Origin: Rebecca billardiae RCC1528
Lineage: Eukaryota > Protista > Haptophyta
NCBI GenBank assembly: GCA_965240325.2
Contig: OZ251228.1
Span: forward strand, 434,001-498,000
Length of the DNA stretch: 64,000 nt
Direction: 5' to 3'
This document shows, one piece after another, positions 1-9,850 of this stretch. The notes under the pieces are model-generated. The model had not been told where the DNA came from, ran no database searches, and was given only the letters and a program-made list of their open reading frames with translations. The translations under genes and the position numbers were made by a program. Every line of letters begins with the position of its first letter. Within the stretch, counting starts at the first letter, position 1.

Positions 1-912
1 GAGCTCGACGAGCTCGTCTCCTACGCGCGCGAGCGGCTGCAGGCCGCGCGCGCCGACATGGCCAGCTGGGAGCTGCTCAAGCTCTTCAGCGGACGATATG
101 ACGCGGGCGGGTGCCAGCTGACCGTCACGGCGGGCGCGGGCGGGACCGAGGCGTGCGACTGGGCGGAGATGCTCGTGCGGATGTACACGCGGTTCGCCGA
201 GCGGCAGGGCTTCCGCGCCGCGCTCGTCGACTCCACGGCCGGCGACGAGGTCGGTTACAAGTCCGCCACCCTCGAGCTGGAGGGCGAGTACGCTTACGGC
301 TTCCTGCGCGGCGAGAAGGGCACGCACCGGCTCGTGCGGCTGTCGCCCTTCAACGCGCTCTCGAAGCGGATGACGACGTTCGCGGGCGTGGAGGTGATGC
401 CGGTGCTGGACGAGGCGGAGCCGACTCTCCGCGACGTCGAGATCCCCGAGCGCGACCTCGAGATCACCACGATGCGCTCGGGCGGCGCGGGCGGGCAGAA
501 CGTGAACAAGGTGGAGACGGGCGTGCGCGCCAAGCACCTGCCGACCGGTCTGGCGGTCAAGTGCACGCAGGAGCGGTCGCAGGTGCTCAACCGGCAGCGC
601 GCGCTGCGGCTGCTGCGCGGCAAGCTGCTCGTCGTGATGGAGGAGCAGCGCGTCGCCGAGCTCCGCGCGATCCGCGGCGACGCGGTCAGCGCCGCGTGGG
701 GCGCGCAGATCCGCTCGTACGTGCTGCACCCGTACAAGATGGTCAAGGACCTGCGCACGGGGCACGAGAGCACGCAGCCGCAGGACGTGATGGACGGCGA
801 GCTCGCGCCGTTCGTCGAGGCGTTCTTGCGACACTCGCAGGCGGCGGCGGATGGCGGCGGGGAGGCGGCGGCGGTGGAGGCGGCTGCTGCGTCGGGCGGC
901 GGCGCATCATGA
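1..912 (+). CDS. prfB: Organellar (bacterial-type) peptide chain release factor 2; 5' end lies upstream of the window
   Basis: The frame is open from base 1. Motifs: [24 protein letters not shown] (SPF tripeptide of RF2), [19 protein letters not shown] (GGQ), [21 protein letters not shown]. Confidence 0.93.
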   Translation, partial: ELDELVSYARERLQAARADMASWELLKLFSGRYDAGGCQLTVTAGAGGTEACDWAEMLVRMYTRFAERQGFRAALVDSTAGDEVGYKSATLELEGEYAYGFLRGEKGTHRLVRLSPFNALSKRMTTFAGVEVMPVLDEAEPTLRDVEIPERDLEITTMRSGGAGGQNVNKVETGVRAKHLPTGLAVKCTQERSQVLNRQRALRLLRGKLLVVMEEQRVAELRAIRGDAVSAAWGAQIRSYVLHPYKMVKDLRTGHESTQPQDVMDGELAPFVEAFLRHSQAAADGGGEAAAVEAAAASGGGAS

Positions 913-1328
913 TTCATCATCATATTTCGTCATGAGTTCATGACTGACAGGCTGAGACTGCTAGCTGCTAGTAGTAGAGTAGTATAGCTAGTGGCCTATA
1001 TATATATAGTAGTGACGATGATCGCGATGATGACAGCATCTGATGACGATCGAGATGAGTATATATATACGACATACAGATTACACGGACGATTTGAAAT
1101 TATTTGAAAATCCGGTCTAAATAAATTAATAATAATTAATATTATAATATGCGGCATACTCTATATATGATGCGCGAAGCTCTCCCGCGGGCGCGAGACG
1201 TCACCCAGACGACGCGTCCGCCGGGCGGGGCCAGTTGGTCTTACTGACTCACAAGTCAGATCGGATAGACGGACCGTCGAATCGCTGGCGGGATCAGTCA
1301 GCTGCCCGAGTTGGCGCGGACAGCGCGC

Positions 1329-2284
1329 TCAGTGCGCCATGCGCTTCTTGATCTGCTGGATGGCCTTGCCCGGGTTGAGGTGCTTGGGGCACGTGTTCGA
1401 GCAGTTCATGATCGTGTGGCAGCGGTACACCTTGTACGCGTCGTCGAGGAACGCGAGCCGCTCCTTGTGCGTCGCGTCCCGCGAGTCCGCCAGCCAGCGG
1501 TACGCCTGCAGCAGCACGGCTGGGCCGAGGTACTTGTCGGCGTTCCACCAGTACGAGGGGCACGAGGTGGAGCAGCACGCGCACAGCACGCACTCGTACA
1601 GCCCGTCGAGCTGTTGCCGGTCCTCCTTTGACTGGTAGTTCTCAACCGACGTGTCCGTGCCCGGCTTGGTGTTGAGCCACGGCTGCACGCTCTTGTGCTG
1701 CTCATAAAAGTTGCTCATGTCCGGCACTGCGCGCGCGGCGCGGCGGGCGGGAGGCGTGCGCGCGGCGAGGACGGCACGAGGGAGTCGGTGGCGCGGCACG
1801 ACGCCTGCCCAGCCGCGCGCGCGGACGCACGACGCGACGCGGCGCGCGCGGCGCCCGCGCTGCACGAGCGCGCGCACGCACCGAGGTCCTTCACCACGTA
1901 CATGTGCGGCAGCGGGTAGATCTTCGTCTTGGCCGACTCGGGCGTGATCTTGCACAGGCAGGCGAGGGTGTTGGTGCCGTCGATGTTCATCGCGCACGAT
2001 CCGCAGATCCCCTCGCGGCACGAGCGGCGGAACGTCAGCGTCGGGTCCACCTCGTTCTTGATCTTGATCAGCGCGTCCAAGACCATCGGCCCGCACTGGG
2101 CGAGATCGATCTCGTATTTTTGTGTGCGCGGGCTGCCGCCGGTGTCCGGGTCCCACCGGTAGATCTCGAAGGTCTTCACGCGCTGCGCGGCCGCCGAGGT
2201 CGACTGCGCGACGCGCGTCGGCGAGCGCAGCGCCTGCCTCGGCAGCACGCCGGCGGCCCGCCGGCCCAAACCCACGAGCACCAT
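1329..2284 (-). CDS. SDHB: Succinate dehydrogenase iron-sulfur subunit with mitochondrial presequence (2 exons)
   Basis: Exons 2284-1882 and 1726-1329. GT-AG intron 1881-1727 restores KDL-V-PDM. Motifs: [54 protein letters not shown]. Arg-rich N-terminus. Confidence 0.96.
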
Positions 2285-2480
2285 GCTGCTGGCGGCGCTT
2301 TTCACGCAGCTTCGTCGTCCGACGTCGGGCCGCCCGCCGCCGCCGTCGTCGAAGTTCGGACGGCCGTCGCCATCTTTCTTTGGTGCACTAATATATTCGC
2401 TGTAAGGCAAACGAAACTCGCAAAGCGGCAAGTCCGCGAGAACGCGACCGGTCCCGCCGTCCACCGTCCCGCCCGCCGTC

Positions 2481-3854
2481 ATGGACGTGCACGCCGTGTG
2501 GCCGACGCTCGCGTTCACGATACGCGTACTCGCGCTCTTCGCCGTGCTCTACCTCTTCCGCATTGCCGCGCGCTGCCTCGATCTCTACAGCCCGCCTTCC
2601 GAGTCGCGCAAGTTCTACGGCCTCGTCACGATCCCCGAGAACGAGGTCTGGTCTGTCGTGCTGTCGTCGGGCGAGGTCTCCAAGCTGCACGGGCCGAAGG
2701 TGGCGCTGGTGTTCGGCGCGCGGCTTCGGGAGGCGCGCCTTGTCACCGCGAGCGAGGCGCAGTACATTGAGGTCCACTTCCTCGACGGCCACACCGAGAT
2801 CCATACCGGCCCGACCGCGGTGCGTGAGGACTCGCTGCTGCACAAGACGGTGATCGTCAAGGACGCGGTCAAGTTGAGCGGGAGCGAGATGCTGGTGGTG
2901 TACCGCGTGAACGACCGGGCCAAGGCGGACGCGTCGTCGTGCTCCCTTGCGCGCTCGCTCATCCGCGGGCCGTGCCTCTACGTACCGTGCGACGCGGGCG
3001 AGTACGTGCACGAGTTCTCGTGGCATGGGCATGACGGGAGCGCCGACCCGCACGGCATCGCGCGCAAGCGGCCGAACGCGCTGCGCTTCACCAAGCTGCG
3101 CGCCACGCCGATGCAGACGTACTTCGACGTCGAGAACGCGCGCACCAACGACGACGCGCTGCTCACCATCCGCCTCATGATCTTCTACCGGATCGCCGAC
3201 GTCGAGCGGCTGCTGGACGCGACCAACGATCCGATCGCCGAGCTGATCAACGCGCTCTCGTCCGACGTGATCGAGTTCGCGGCGGCGGGGAGCTTCGAGA
3301 CGTTCAAGGAGTCGGCGGAGCAGCTGAACAACTTGAACGTCTACCGCAACCTCCTGGAGCGCACCAAGCTCATCGGCCTCGAGGTCTCCAAGGTCGTCTT
3401 CCGCGGGTACATTGCGCCGCAGCGGCTGCAGAAGATGCAGGACGACTCGATCGAGCGGCGCACGCGGCTGGTGCTCGAGCGCGAGGCGACGCTGCAGGAG
3501 CAGGCGCTGGCGGACGAGCGGCTGGCGAAGGAGCAGGAGCGCGCGCGCACCGAGCACGAGATGGCGAAGGAGCGCGCGCAGCACGAGGCCGAGCTCCAGC
3601 GCACCGCATTCGAGGCAGAGCAGCACGAGCGGCGCGCGCGCGCGCAGCAGGAGCACGAGCTCAAGCGCGCCGCGCACGAGGAGGAGGTGGCGCACCTCGA
3701 GCAGCTCAAGACGACGCTCGGTCTGAACGAGCGTGACATGGCGGCGTACATGCAGGCGCGCGCGCACGGCGCGCCGCAGAAGCTCATCCAGATCGTCGGC
3801 GCCGCCGACGGCCAGGGCCGCGCCCCGAGCGTGCAGCTCAAGGCTGACGCGTAG
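2481..3854 (+). CDS. Major vault protein-like / SPFH (band 7) shoulder-domain protein with N-terminal hydrophobic anchor and C-terminal coiled coil
   Basis: 457-aa ORF with strong GC3 codon bias. About three GP-containing beta repeats, then KRPNA..L...P....DV...[12 protein letters not shown] and an SPFH-like core ([14 protein letters not shown]...SFETF), then an E/R/A-rich helix. Confidence 0.75.
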   Translation: MDVHAVWPTLAFTIRVLALFAVLYLFRIAARCLDLYSPPSESRKFYGLVTIPENEVWSVVLSSGEVSKLHGPKVALVFGARLREARLVTASEAQYIEVHFLDGHTEIHTGPTAVREDSLLHKTVIVKDAVKLSGSEMLVVYRVNDRAKADASSCSLARSLIRGPCLYVPCDAGEYVHEFSWHGHDGSADPHGIARKRPNALRFTKLRATPMQTYFDVENARTNDDALLTIRLMIFYRIADVERLLDATNDPIAELINALSSDVIEFAAAGSFETFKESAEQLNNLNVYRNLLERTKLIGLEVSKVVFRGYIAPQRLQKMQDDSIERRTRLVLEREATLQEQALADERLAKEQERARTEHEMAKERAQHEAELQRTAFEAEQHERRARAQQEHELKRAAHEEEVAHLEQLKTTLGLNERDMAAYMQARAHGAPQKLIQIVGAADGQGRAPSVQLKADA

Positions 3855-4622
3855 GCGCAGCGCGAATGCGGGATGCGCCGCCACTGGCTGATTGCTGATG
3901 TGGCAGTGGCTGCGCAACGCGGCTCGTCGGCACCCGCGTCGCCGACCCCCGCCAGGCGTCGCCCCATCGAAGCGATGCGGGCCCCATCGGACTCTATCTA
4001 CAGTTTATTTGTTTTAACGTGCGTAAGGCTCACGGTGGCAGGTTGCCGCGCCATCCTTCATCGCACGCTCTCCGAAGAGAGACCCGGTGGAAACTGGTAG
4101 AGTCATCAGGCTTCAGAGTGGCGCTGAGTCGGCCTGCGGCATTCAGCGCGGACGGTCACCTGCATCAGCGGCTGATCCGCCTCGCCGCCGGGCCGCCTCG
4201 CGGGGGGCCGTTATACTTTTATATCGGCTGGATTATATATATTATATATATATCGTCGGTATAATTATAAACTATATAAGTAATCGCGGTCCAGACGCCG
4301 GACCGCAATCCGCCGCAGTATCAGGTACCGCGCGGCCCCCGGGGCGTACGTGGCAGAAGCAGTCTGTCATCGTCACGTGCGTCAGGCACAGGACCAGCCG
4401 TACCAGGTCCAGGTCACGATCATTCAATTTCAGACACTAGCTAGTGATCACTAGACAAGCTACTACGACGCCGATACGATGTGATACGTGCGCGCGCAGC
4501 GCGGAGTACCGGCAGCTGACTCGGGGCCGCGGTACTCCGTAGTGAGACGCGCCCGATTCGTCGCAGCCGAGGGTCAGTCTGGACGGCCTCGCATCGCAAG
4601 CACTCGCACGCCTTTTCACGCC

Positions 4623-5480
4623 TTACTGAGCCGCCATCCACGGCTGCGGATCAGGGTACGCGCCATCGCCCCACTTGTCGAGGTCGATCTGCTTCCCGAG
4701 AGCGGCGAACGCGTCGGGCGAGAGCCCCTTCTGCACGTGCGTCCGCCACTCCTGCCACTGCTCGGCGGAGCCCGCGGCGGCGGCGAGGGCGTGCGCGAAC
4801 ACGCGCGCGCGCGGCATGTCGCCGTGGTGCTTCTCGAGCGTCTTCATCGCAAAGGAAATGAAGAAGGGCATGTCCTCCGCGCTCACGGCAGGGAGGAGGT
4901 GCGTGCGCATCGTGCCCGGCATGTTGTGCCCTGCCTTTGTGAGCTCGGCGACCTTGGGCATCATCACGCCCTCCTCCGCCTTGAGGTGCGCCTCGTTCGC
5001 GTCGCGGAACGCCGACCACGCGGCGCGGAGCTCCGTCGCCGCGCGCTTCTGCAGCGCATCCGCCACCGCAGTCTCCGCCTCGTGCAGCTCGCGATGCTTC
5101 TCATCGAGCTTGTTGTCCTTGGCGATCGAATCAAACTGCTCGTCGAGGAAGGCGAACATGCCCTTCGCCACGCTGCTCCGTCCGTCCTCCATCGCCTTGT
5201 GCAGCTCCTGCCACTTGAAGAAGTCGGCCCAGCGCGGGCCGAACGCGTCGAGCGCCGCGCCATCGTCGGTGAGAGCGAGCGCGTCGTCCAGCTCACGCAT
5301 AGCGCCGCGGATCACCTCGTGTCCGTTGCGCATCAGCGCAAACACCTGGGGCCGCGGCTTCTCATCACCACCAGCAGCACCGCCGCCGCCGCCGCCGCTC
5401 TTCTCGACGGTGGGTGTCTTCTCGCTGGCCCCACCCTTCTCCTCGCCGCCAGGCTTCTGTGTCGCGCACACGGTGCCCAT
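4623..5480 (-). CDS. Hemerythrin (HHE cation-binding) domain protein with MGxxC N-terminus
   Basis: ATG at 5480 gives MGTVCATQK. Hemerythrin ligand pattern: NGHEVIR ... ELHKAMED ... EKHRELHEAE ... EAHLKAEEGVMMP. Confidence 0.82.
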   Translation of the reverse strand: MGTVCATQKPGGEEKGGASEKTPTVEKSGGGGGGAAGGDEKPRPQVFALMRNGHEVIRGAMRELDDALALTDDGAALDAFGPRWADFFKWQELHKAMEDGRSSVAKGMFAFLDEQFDSIAKDNKLDEKHRELHEAETAVADALQKRAATELRAAWSAFRDANEAHLKAEEGVMMPKVAELTKAGHNMPGTMRTHLLPAVSAEDMPFFISFAMKTLEKHHGDMPRARVFAHALAAAAGSAEQWQEWRTHVQKGLSPDAFAALGKQIDLDKWGDGAYPDPQPWMAAQ

Positions 5481-6128
5481 GACGACTGCGCGCTCCGCGG
5501 CTTCAAGCGCTGCTACCAAGTGCGCCTACTACGGTGTGGACGGTCCTATCGTACCGGTATGATGGTAACGGGCCGACTACGACACTACGACTAATAATTG
5601 GTGATGGATTTTTGGTCATGCATCATCCTCATTTTGATGTTTGGACTGATGGTCATCGGCGCGCCAGACATCCAATCAAAACACGCCCCTCGGTCCGCGG
5701 GTTCCAACCGGAGCCACAATTGACGGTGATGATGATTGTATGAACAATCCGCGGGGCTCCGGTTCGATTTGGAGGCGAGATCCACGACGATTGGCACCGG
5801 CCACGGTGCCCCGCTGCCGAGCAGTCACGCCCACGGACGGGCTCGATCATGATTCAATTTCATGGTCCGACTCCGAGTCGGCCTCAGCGCACAGTCCGAG
5901 TGCGGCACTCGACTACCGGTCAGTTACTACCAACTTAGCTAGTTTCATTCAACTACGTGACAATGCGACTATGAGTGACGGCGCCACTGACCTGGCGCCA
6001 ACGGACCGAAAACGCGACACTGGCTCCGCCGGCGGTCGCCGCCGGGCCGCGCCGGCCCGCCGGGCCCGTCAGCCCCTGCGCGGTTTCAGTGGGACTCCCC
6101 GTGTTGCCAGGCAGTTGGCGGCACGCGG

Positions 6129-7855
6129 TCATCGTGAGCCTGGCTTCCCGTAGAGCTCTGTAGCGCGCAGGTTGGTCGGCGGGCTCGTGTGCAGCGTGCC
6201 TGGCACAAGCATGCCTTTGTCGGTGCCGCGCGCCGCTGGCGGCACAAAGCCGGTGGCATCCAGCTGCACCGGCCACCAGCTTCCCGGCGGTAGAGGCGGC
6301 CGCTCGCTCGCCGCACAGCGCGCAATGTCGCGCACGAGAATGTCGCCCGACGGCAGCCGGAGGTGGTTGCCGATGCCAAAGCGCGCGTCCAGATGCCTGA
6401 TGCTGAGCACGGGGCCGCACGCGCCCGCCGCCGCCTCCGCCCCTCGCGCCGCGCCCGCGCCGTGCTCGTGCGCGGCGAGCTCGCGCAGCGCTTCCTCTGC
6501 GACCATCAGGCTCCAGAAGAGCTCGAGCGGCAGGTCGAGCTGCGCCGCGAGCTCGCGGGGGGGCGTGTACGTGCCCGACACGTTGCTCCACGCCAGCAGC
6601 CGCGCGTGCTCGTTGAGCAGCAGCTCGCCGGCGTAGAGGACCGGCCGCTCGTCCGCGAGCTGCGGGTGGCCGCTGGCCGTGCCGAATGGCGCCGCGTGCA
6701 TCGTCATGCGCAGGTGCTCCTCGCCCGGGACGACGACGAAGGCGTGCGAGCCTGCGGGCATCTTGACGTTCCGACGCACCGAGCAGAACGCCTCGTCACG
6801 CGGCAGCTGCACGTGGAGCGGGTTGCGGCCCTGCGCGCAGAGCTCGTCCACGAGCGGCATGTACTGATCTCCCACGATCTCGTAGTACACGCGCGCCTTC
6901 GCAGCGTGGCCGCACCGCTCGGCAAGCGGTGAAACGTGCCCCAGCGCCTCGTCCTCCGCGGACATGGTTGGGCGGCGAGAGAGCGCGGGCGTGGAGGTCG
7001 ATGGCCTCTGGCCGTACGGGCCCTCGGGGATCGTGCGCACTCTGGCGAAGACGGGCATTGCCAGCCTGCAGCAGCGCAGGGCACGCGGTGGGGACGCGGG
7101 ACAGATGGATGGGGCGCGCGTGAGCGACCGTCCGCGCGCGCGCGCACTCGGCTGCGCGCGACAGCGTGTGCGGTGCGCGGCGTTGGTGGCGGCGTGTGCA
7201 GCGCTGGGCGAGCGCGCGACGCGTGCGCATACACGCTGAACCCCGCAGCGTCGCCATCGCCGTTGCCCTCGTTGAGCACCTCCGGACTCAGCGGCGCGCG
7301 CTCGGACGTCCACGCGCTGATGGTCTCGAGGTGCAGCTCGTTCAGCGCGGGCTCGGAGAGGGAGACGCCTCTGAGCGTGTCGCATGCGTGGGCCAGAGCG
7401 CTGCCTGTGCCTGGGCCGCCCTTCAGGTCGAAGCACGAGCGGGCCGAGCGCCTCATCCCGGCGGCAGCGGGCTGGGGTTCCGCACGCGATGAAGCGAGCG
7501 CTATCCTTCGCCGGTGCACCGGGTTGTGCAGGCCGTCGAGCGTGGCGAGCTGCTCGTCTGTGACCGGCGTGGTGCGCGGATCAAGCCCTGCGCGCAGGAA
7601 CGGGAATGGGGTCAACGGTCAGTGCGTGCCGCGCGCGAGAGCGACGGGCGGGCTCGGGGGCGCTTTAACCGGCTCGCGGCTGGGTGCATGGCGCCGCGTC
7701 GCAGCCGGCGCACCCGCATCGCCGAGGAGCACGGCGTACTGCGTGGCGGAGGAGCGCGGGAGGCCGAGATGCGAGAGCCACGAGGCGAGCGGGGACGCGG
7801 CTGAGACGTCCTCGGACGCACTGGAGGAGTCGGTCTTCCCCAGAGGTTGTGCCAT
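6129..7855 (-). CDS. SAM-domain protein with C-terminal toxin/IQM-like domain (3 exons, about 477 aa)
   Basis: Exons 7855-7714, 7587-7233, 7065-6129. Both GT-AG introns have compatible phases and the total of 1434 nt is divisible by 3. Splicing assembles a SAM-like segment LASWLSHLGL..QYAVLL..GLD..VTDEQLATL.GLHNPVHRRRIALA. The C-terminal domain has GHPQLADERPVLYAGELLL...WSNVSGTYTP. Confidence 0.7.
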
Positions 7856-8300
7856 CGAACGCGACCACCGTGTGGGGCAGCGAGGTGGCGAGCCAAAACT
7901 CGCACCGTCGCTGAATCGCTGGCTGAATCGTTTATTTCGGACGAAACGCAAGCAGGGATCCGTTGGTTTGCAATCGCAAGGGTACGAGATTGTATTCACG
8001 CGATGTGTTTGACGAAAACGGCTCTGAAGTTTCTATTATCATCGCATGGCGTGCATGTTGAAAAGCGGCTCACCTCCAACCGTTGTTTCCACCCCCCATA
8101 CGTGATGTGATGAGCTCATTAACGAGCACGGATTAAAAACCCCTTTCCGCGCATCGATCAAATCTCCACCGGGATTTCGAGCTGAGGGAGATCTCGAGAT
8201 CCAGACGAGATGTTCACGTCTTTCGGATTTTCCCCAAATAAGGTTTATTCGTCGCAACGCCTGGGCACTTTCATCCCCTTTCCGGGCCAAATAAAGCCCA

Positions 8301-9224
8301 ATGCAAGACAGCACCGGTGATAGACGACGAATCGAGGAATTTGCCACGCTCCGCACGAGCCGACAAGTATACGACCCACCGGCCGCCAGTCTTGGACCGC
8401 ACGACCGCACCCACCACACGCCGCACATGCCGATCGAATCGTTGAGCACGACAAGCGCATCGCACGTCGATCTCGCTGGCGCGTGCGATAAGCAGCAGGC
8501 CCATCGCTCCGCGAGCCTCGGGCTGAGCGCACCCACCATCGACCTCACCACGTTGCCGCAGGAGCCGAACGACGTGATCGACGCGGGCATCGCTGCCGCA
8601 CTCTCGATCCACCTCGGCGCCAGCCTGCGTGACGGTGCCCCCGCCGGCGTGGCGTTTGAGCCGCCATGGCGCGCCGCGTCTCGCCAACCGTGCGCGTATG
8701 ACGAGGGCGAGTGCTTCGAGGCGCTGCAGCTGCTGCGCGCCGAGCTCCGGCTCGACGACGCGGCTCCGATCATCGCGCTGGCGCTGATCGAGCGGTGCAT
8801 CCTCGCAACTCCCGACCAACGGCTCGTCACCCCGGCCAACTGGCGCGCAGTCCTTGCAACGGCGATCAGCCTCGCGCACAAGATGGTCTCGGATGAGCCG
8901 CCGCCGAGCTGCGTGATCGGTGCGGTGGCGAGCGCGGCGCTGCGCGAGCCCGCGCTCAAGCTCGGCGCGCTCGAGGCACATATGTCCCATCTGCTCCGAT
9001 TCCACCTGCACGTCTCCGCGCCCGCCTTCTTCGGCTACCACACCGCCCTCCGAGAGCTCGGCGAGCAGCGCCTCTGCGCGCTCGCCGCAGAGCGGTGGGT
9101 GCACGCGCTGAGCGGCAGGCGAGAGACCAGTACATGCAACAGCGACTACGACCCGACAATTTCAGCCGACGATGCGTCCGATGACGATGACGATGACGGG
9201 AGCCTTTTCGAGCACTGGTGTTGA
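8301..9224 (+). CDS. Cyclin Y/P-type cyclin-box protein (start may be ATG 8427)
   Basis: IIALALIERC...TPANWRAVLATAISLAHKMVSDE...LEAHMSHLLRFHLHVS matches the cyclin Y/Pho80 cyclin-N fold pattern. Acidic tail. Confidence 0.78.
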   Translation: MQDSTGDRRRIEEFATLRTSRQVYDPPAASLGPHDRTHHTPHMPIESLSTTSASHVDLAGACDKQQAHRSASLGLSAPTIDLTTLPQEPNDVIDAGIAAALSIHLGASLRDGAPAGVAFEPPWRAASRQPCAYDEGECFEALQLLRAELRLDDAAPIIALALIERCILATPDQRLVTPANWRAVLATAISLAHKMVSDEPPPSCVIGAVASAALREPALKLGALEAHMSHLLRFHLHVSAPAFFGYHTALRELGEQRLCALAAERWVHALSGRRETSTCNSDYDPTISADDASDDDDDDGSLFEHWC

Positions 9225-9850
9225 TCATTGCATGACCGTAGACTGATCAGCACATGACTGTACCTAGCCGCGCCGAGATCTACCACATCTACCTGGTGGC
9301 GGTGCTCCGGTCGGACGTCGTGGTCGGGCCCGTCGTGGCGGGGAAAAAGAAAATGGCGAAATCGAAAAAGTCGATGACGCGCGACGAGAGATCGAACAAT
9401 AAACAAGGACTAAGGAGGATAAATCCATGGCGGATCTCTCGATCATAGGCAATCACAATGCCGGATGGTTTGCGCCGGTCGTTCCCGACAGTCGCTACAC
9501 TCTCCCGCTAGCGACGCGCTCGGCCGAGAACACAGTGCCCGATGGGTTGGAGCGCATGGGCCGCGTGCGCCAGAGAGGCGCACACCGGTCACGGGTCCCA
9601 CCGGCCACCCACCGCGGGCCGGGGGCGTCCGCACGGACCGCAGTCTCATGACGCAGTGCCACGTTGCCGGTTCGTCGTCATCTGCCGCGGGCCGGCCACG
9701 GTCGACCATTGCCGACGAGTGCGTACGGAGGGCGCGGCAGCCACGCCAGCGCTGTCTCGCGTGAGCTGCGGCTCGGCACGGCCGCGTGGTGGCCTCTTGT
9801 TTGGACCAGTACTGGCCACACCGGCAGGGCCAGACCGCCCAGCGTGCTGC

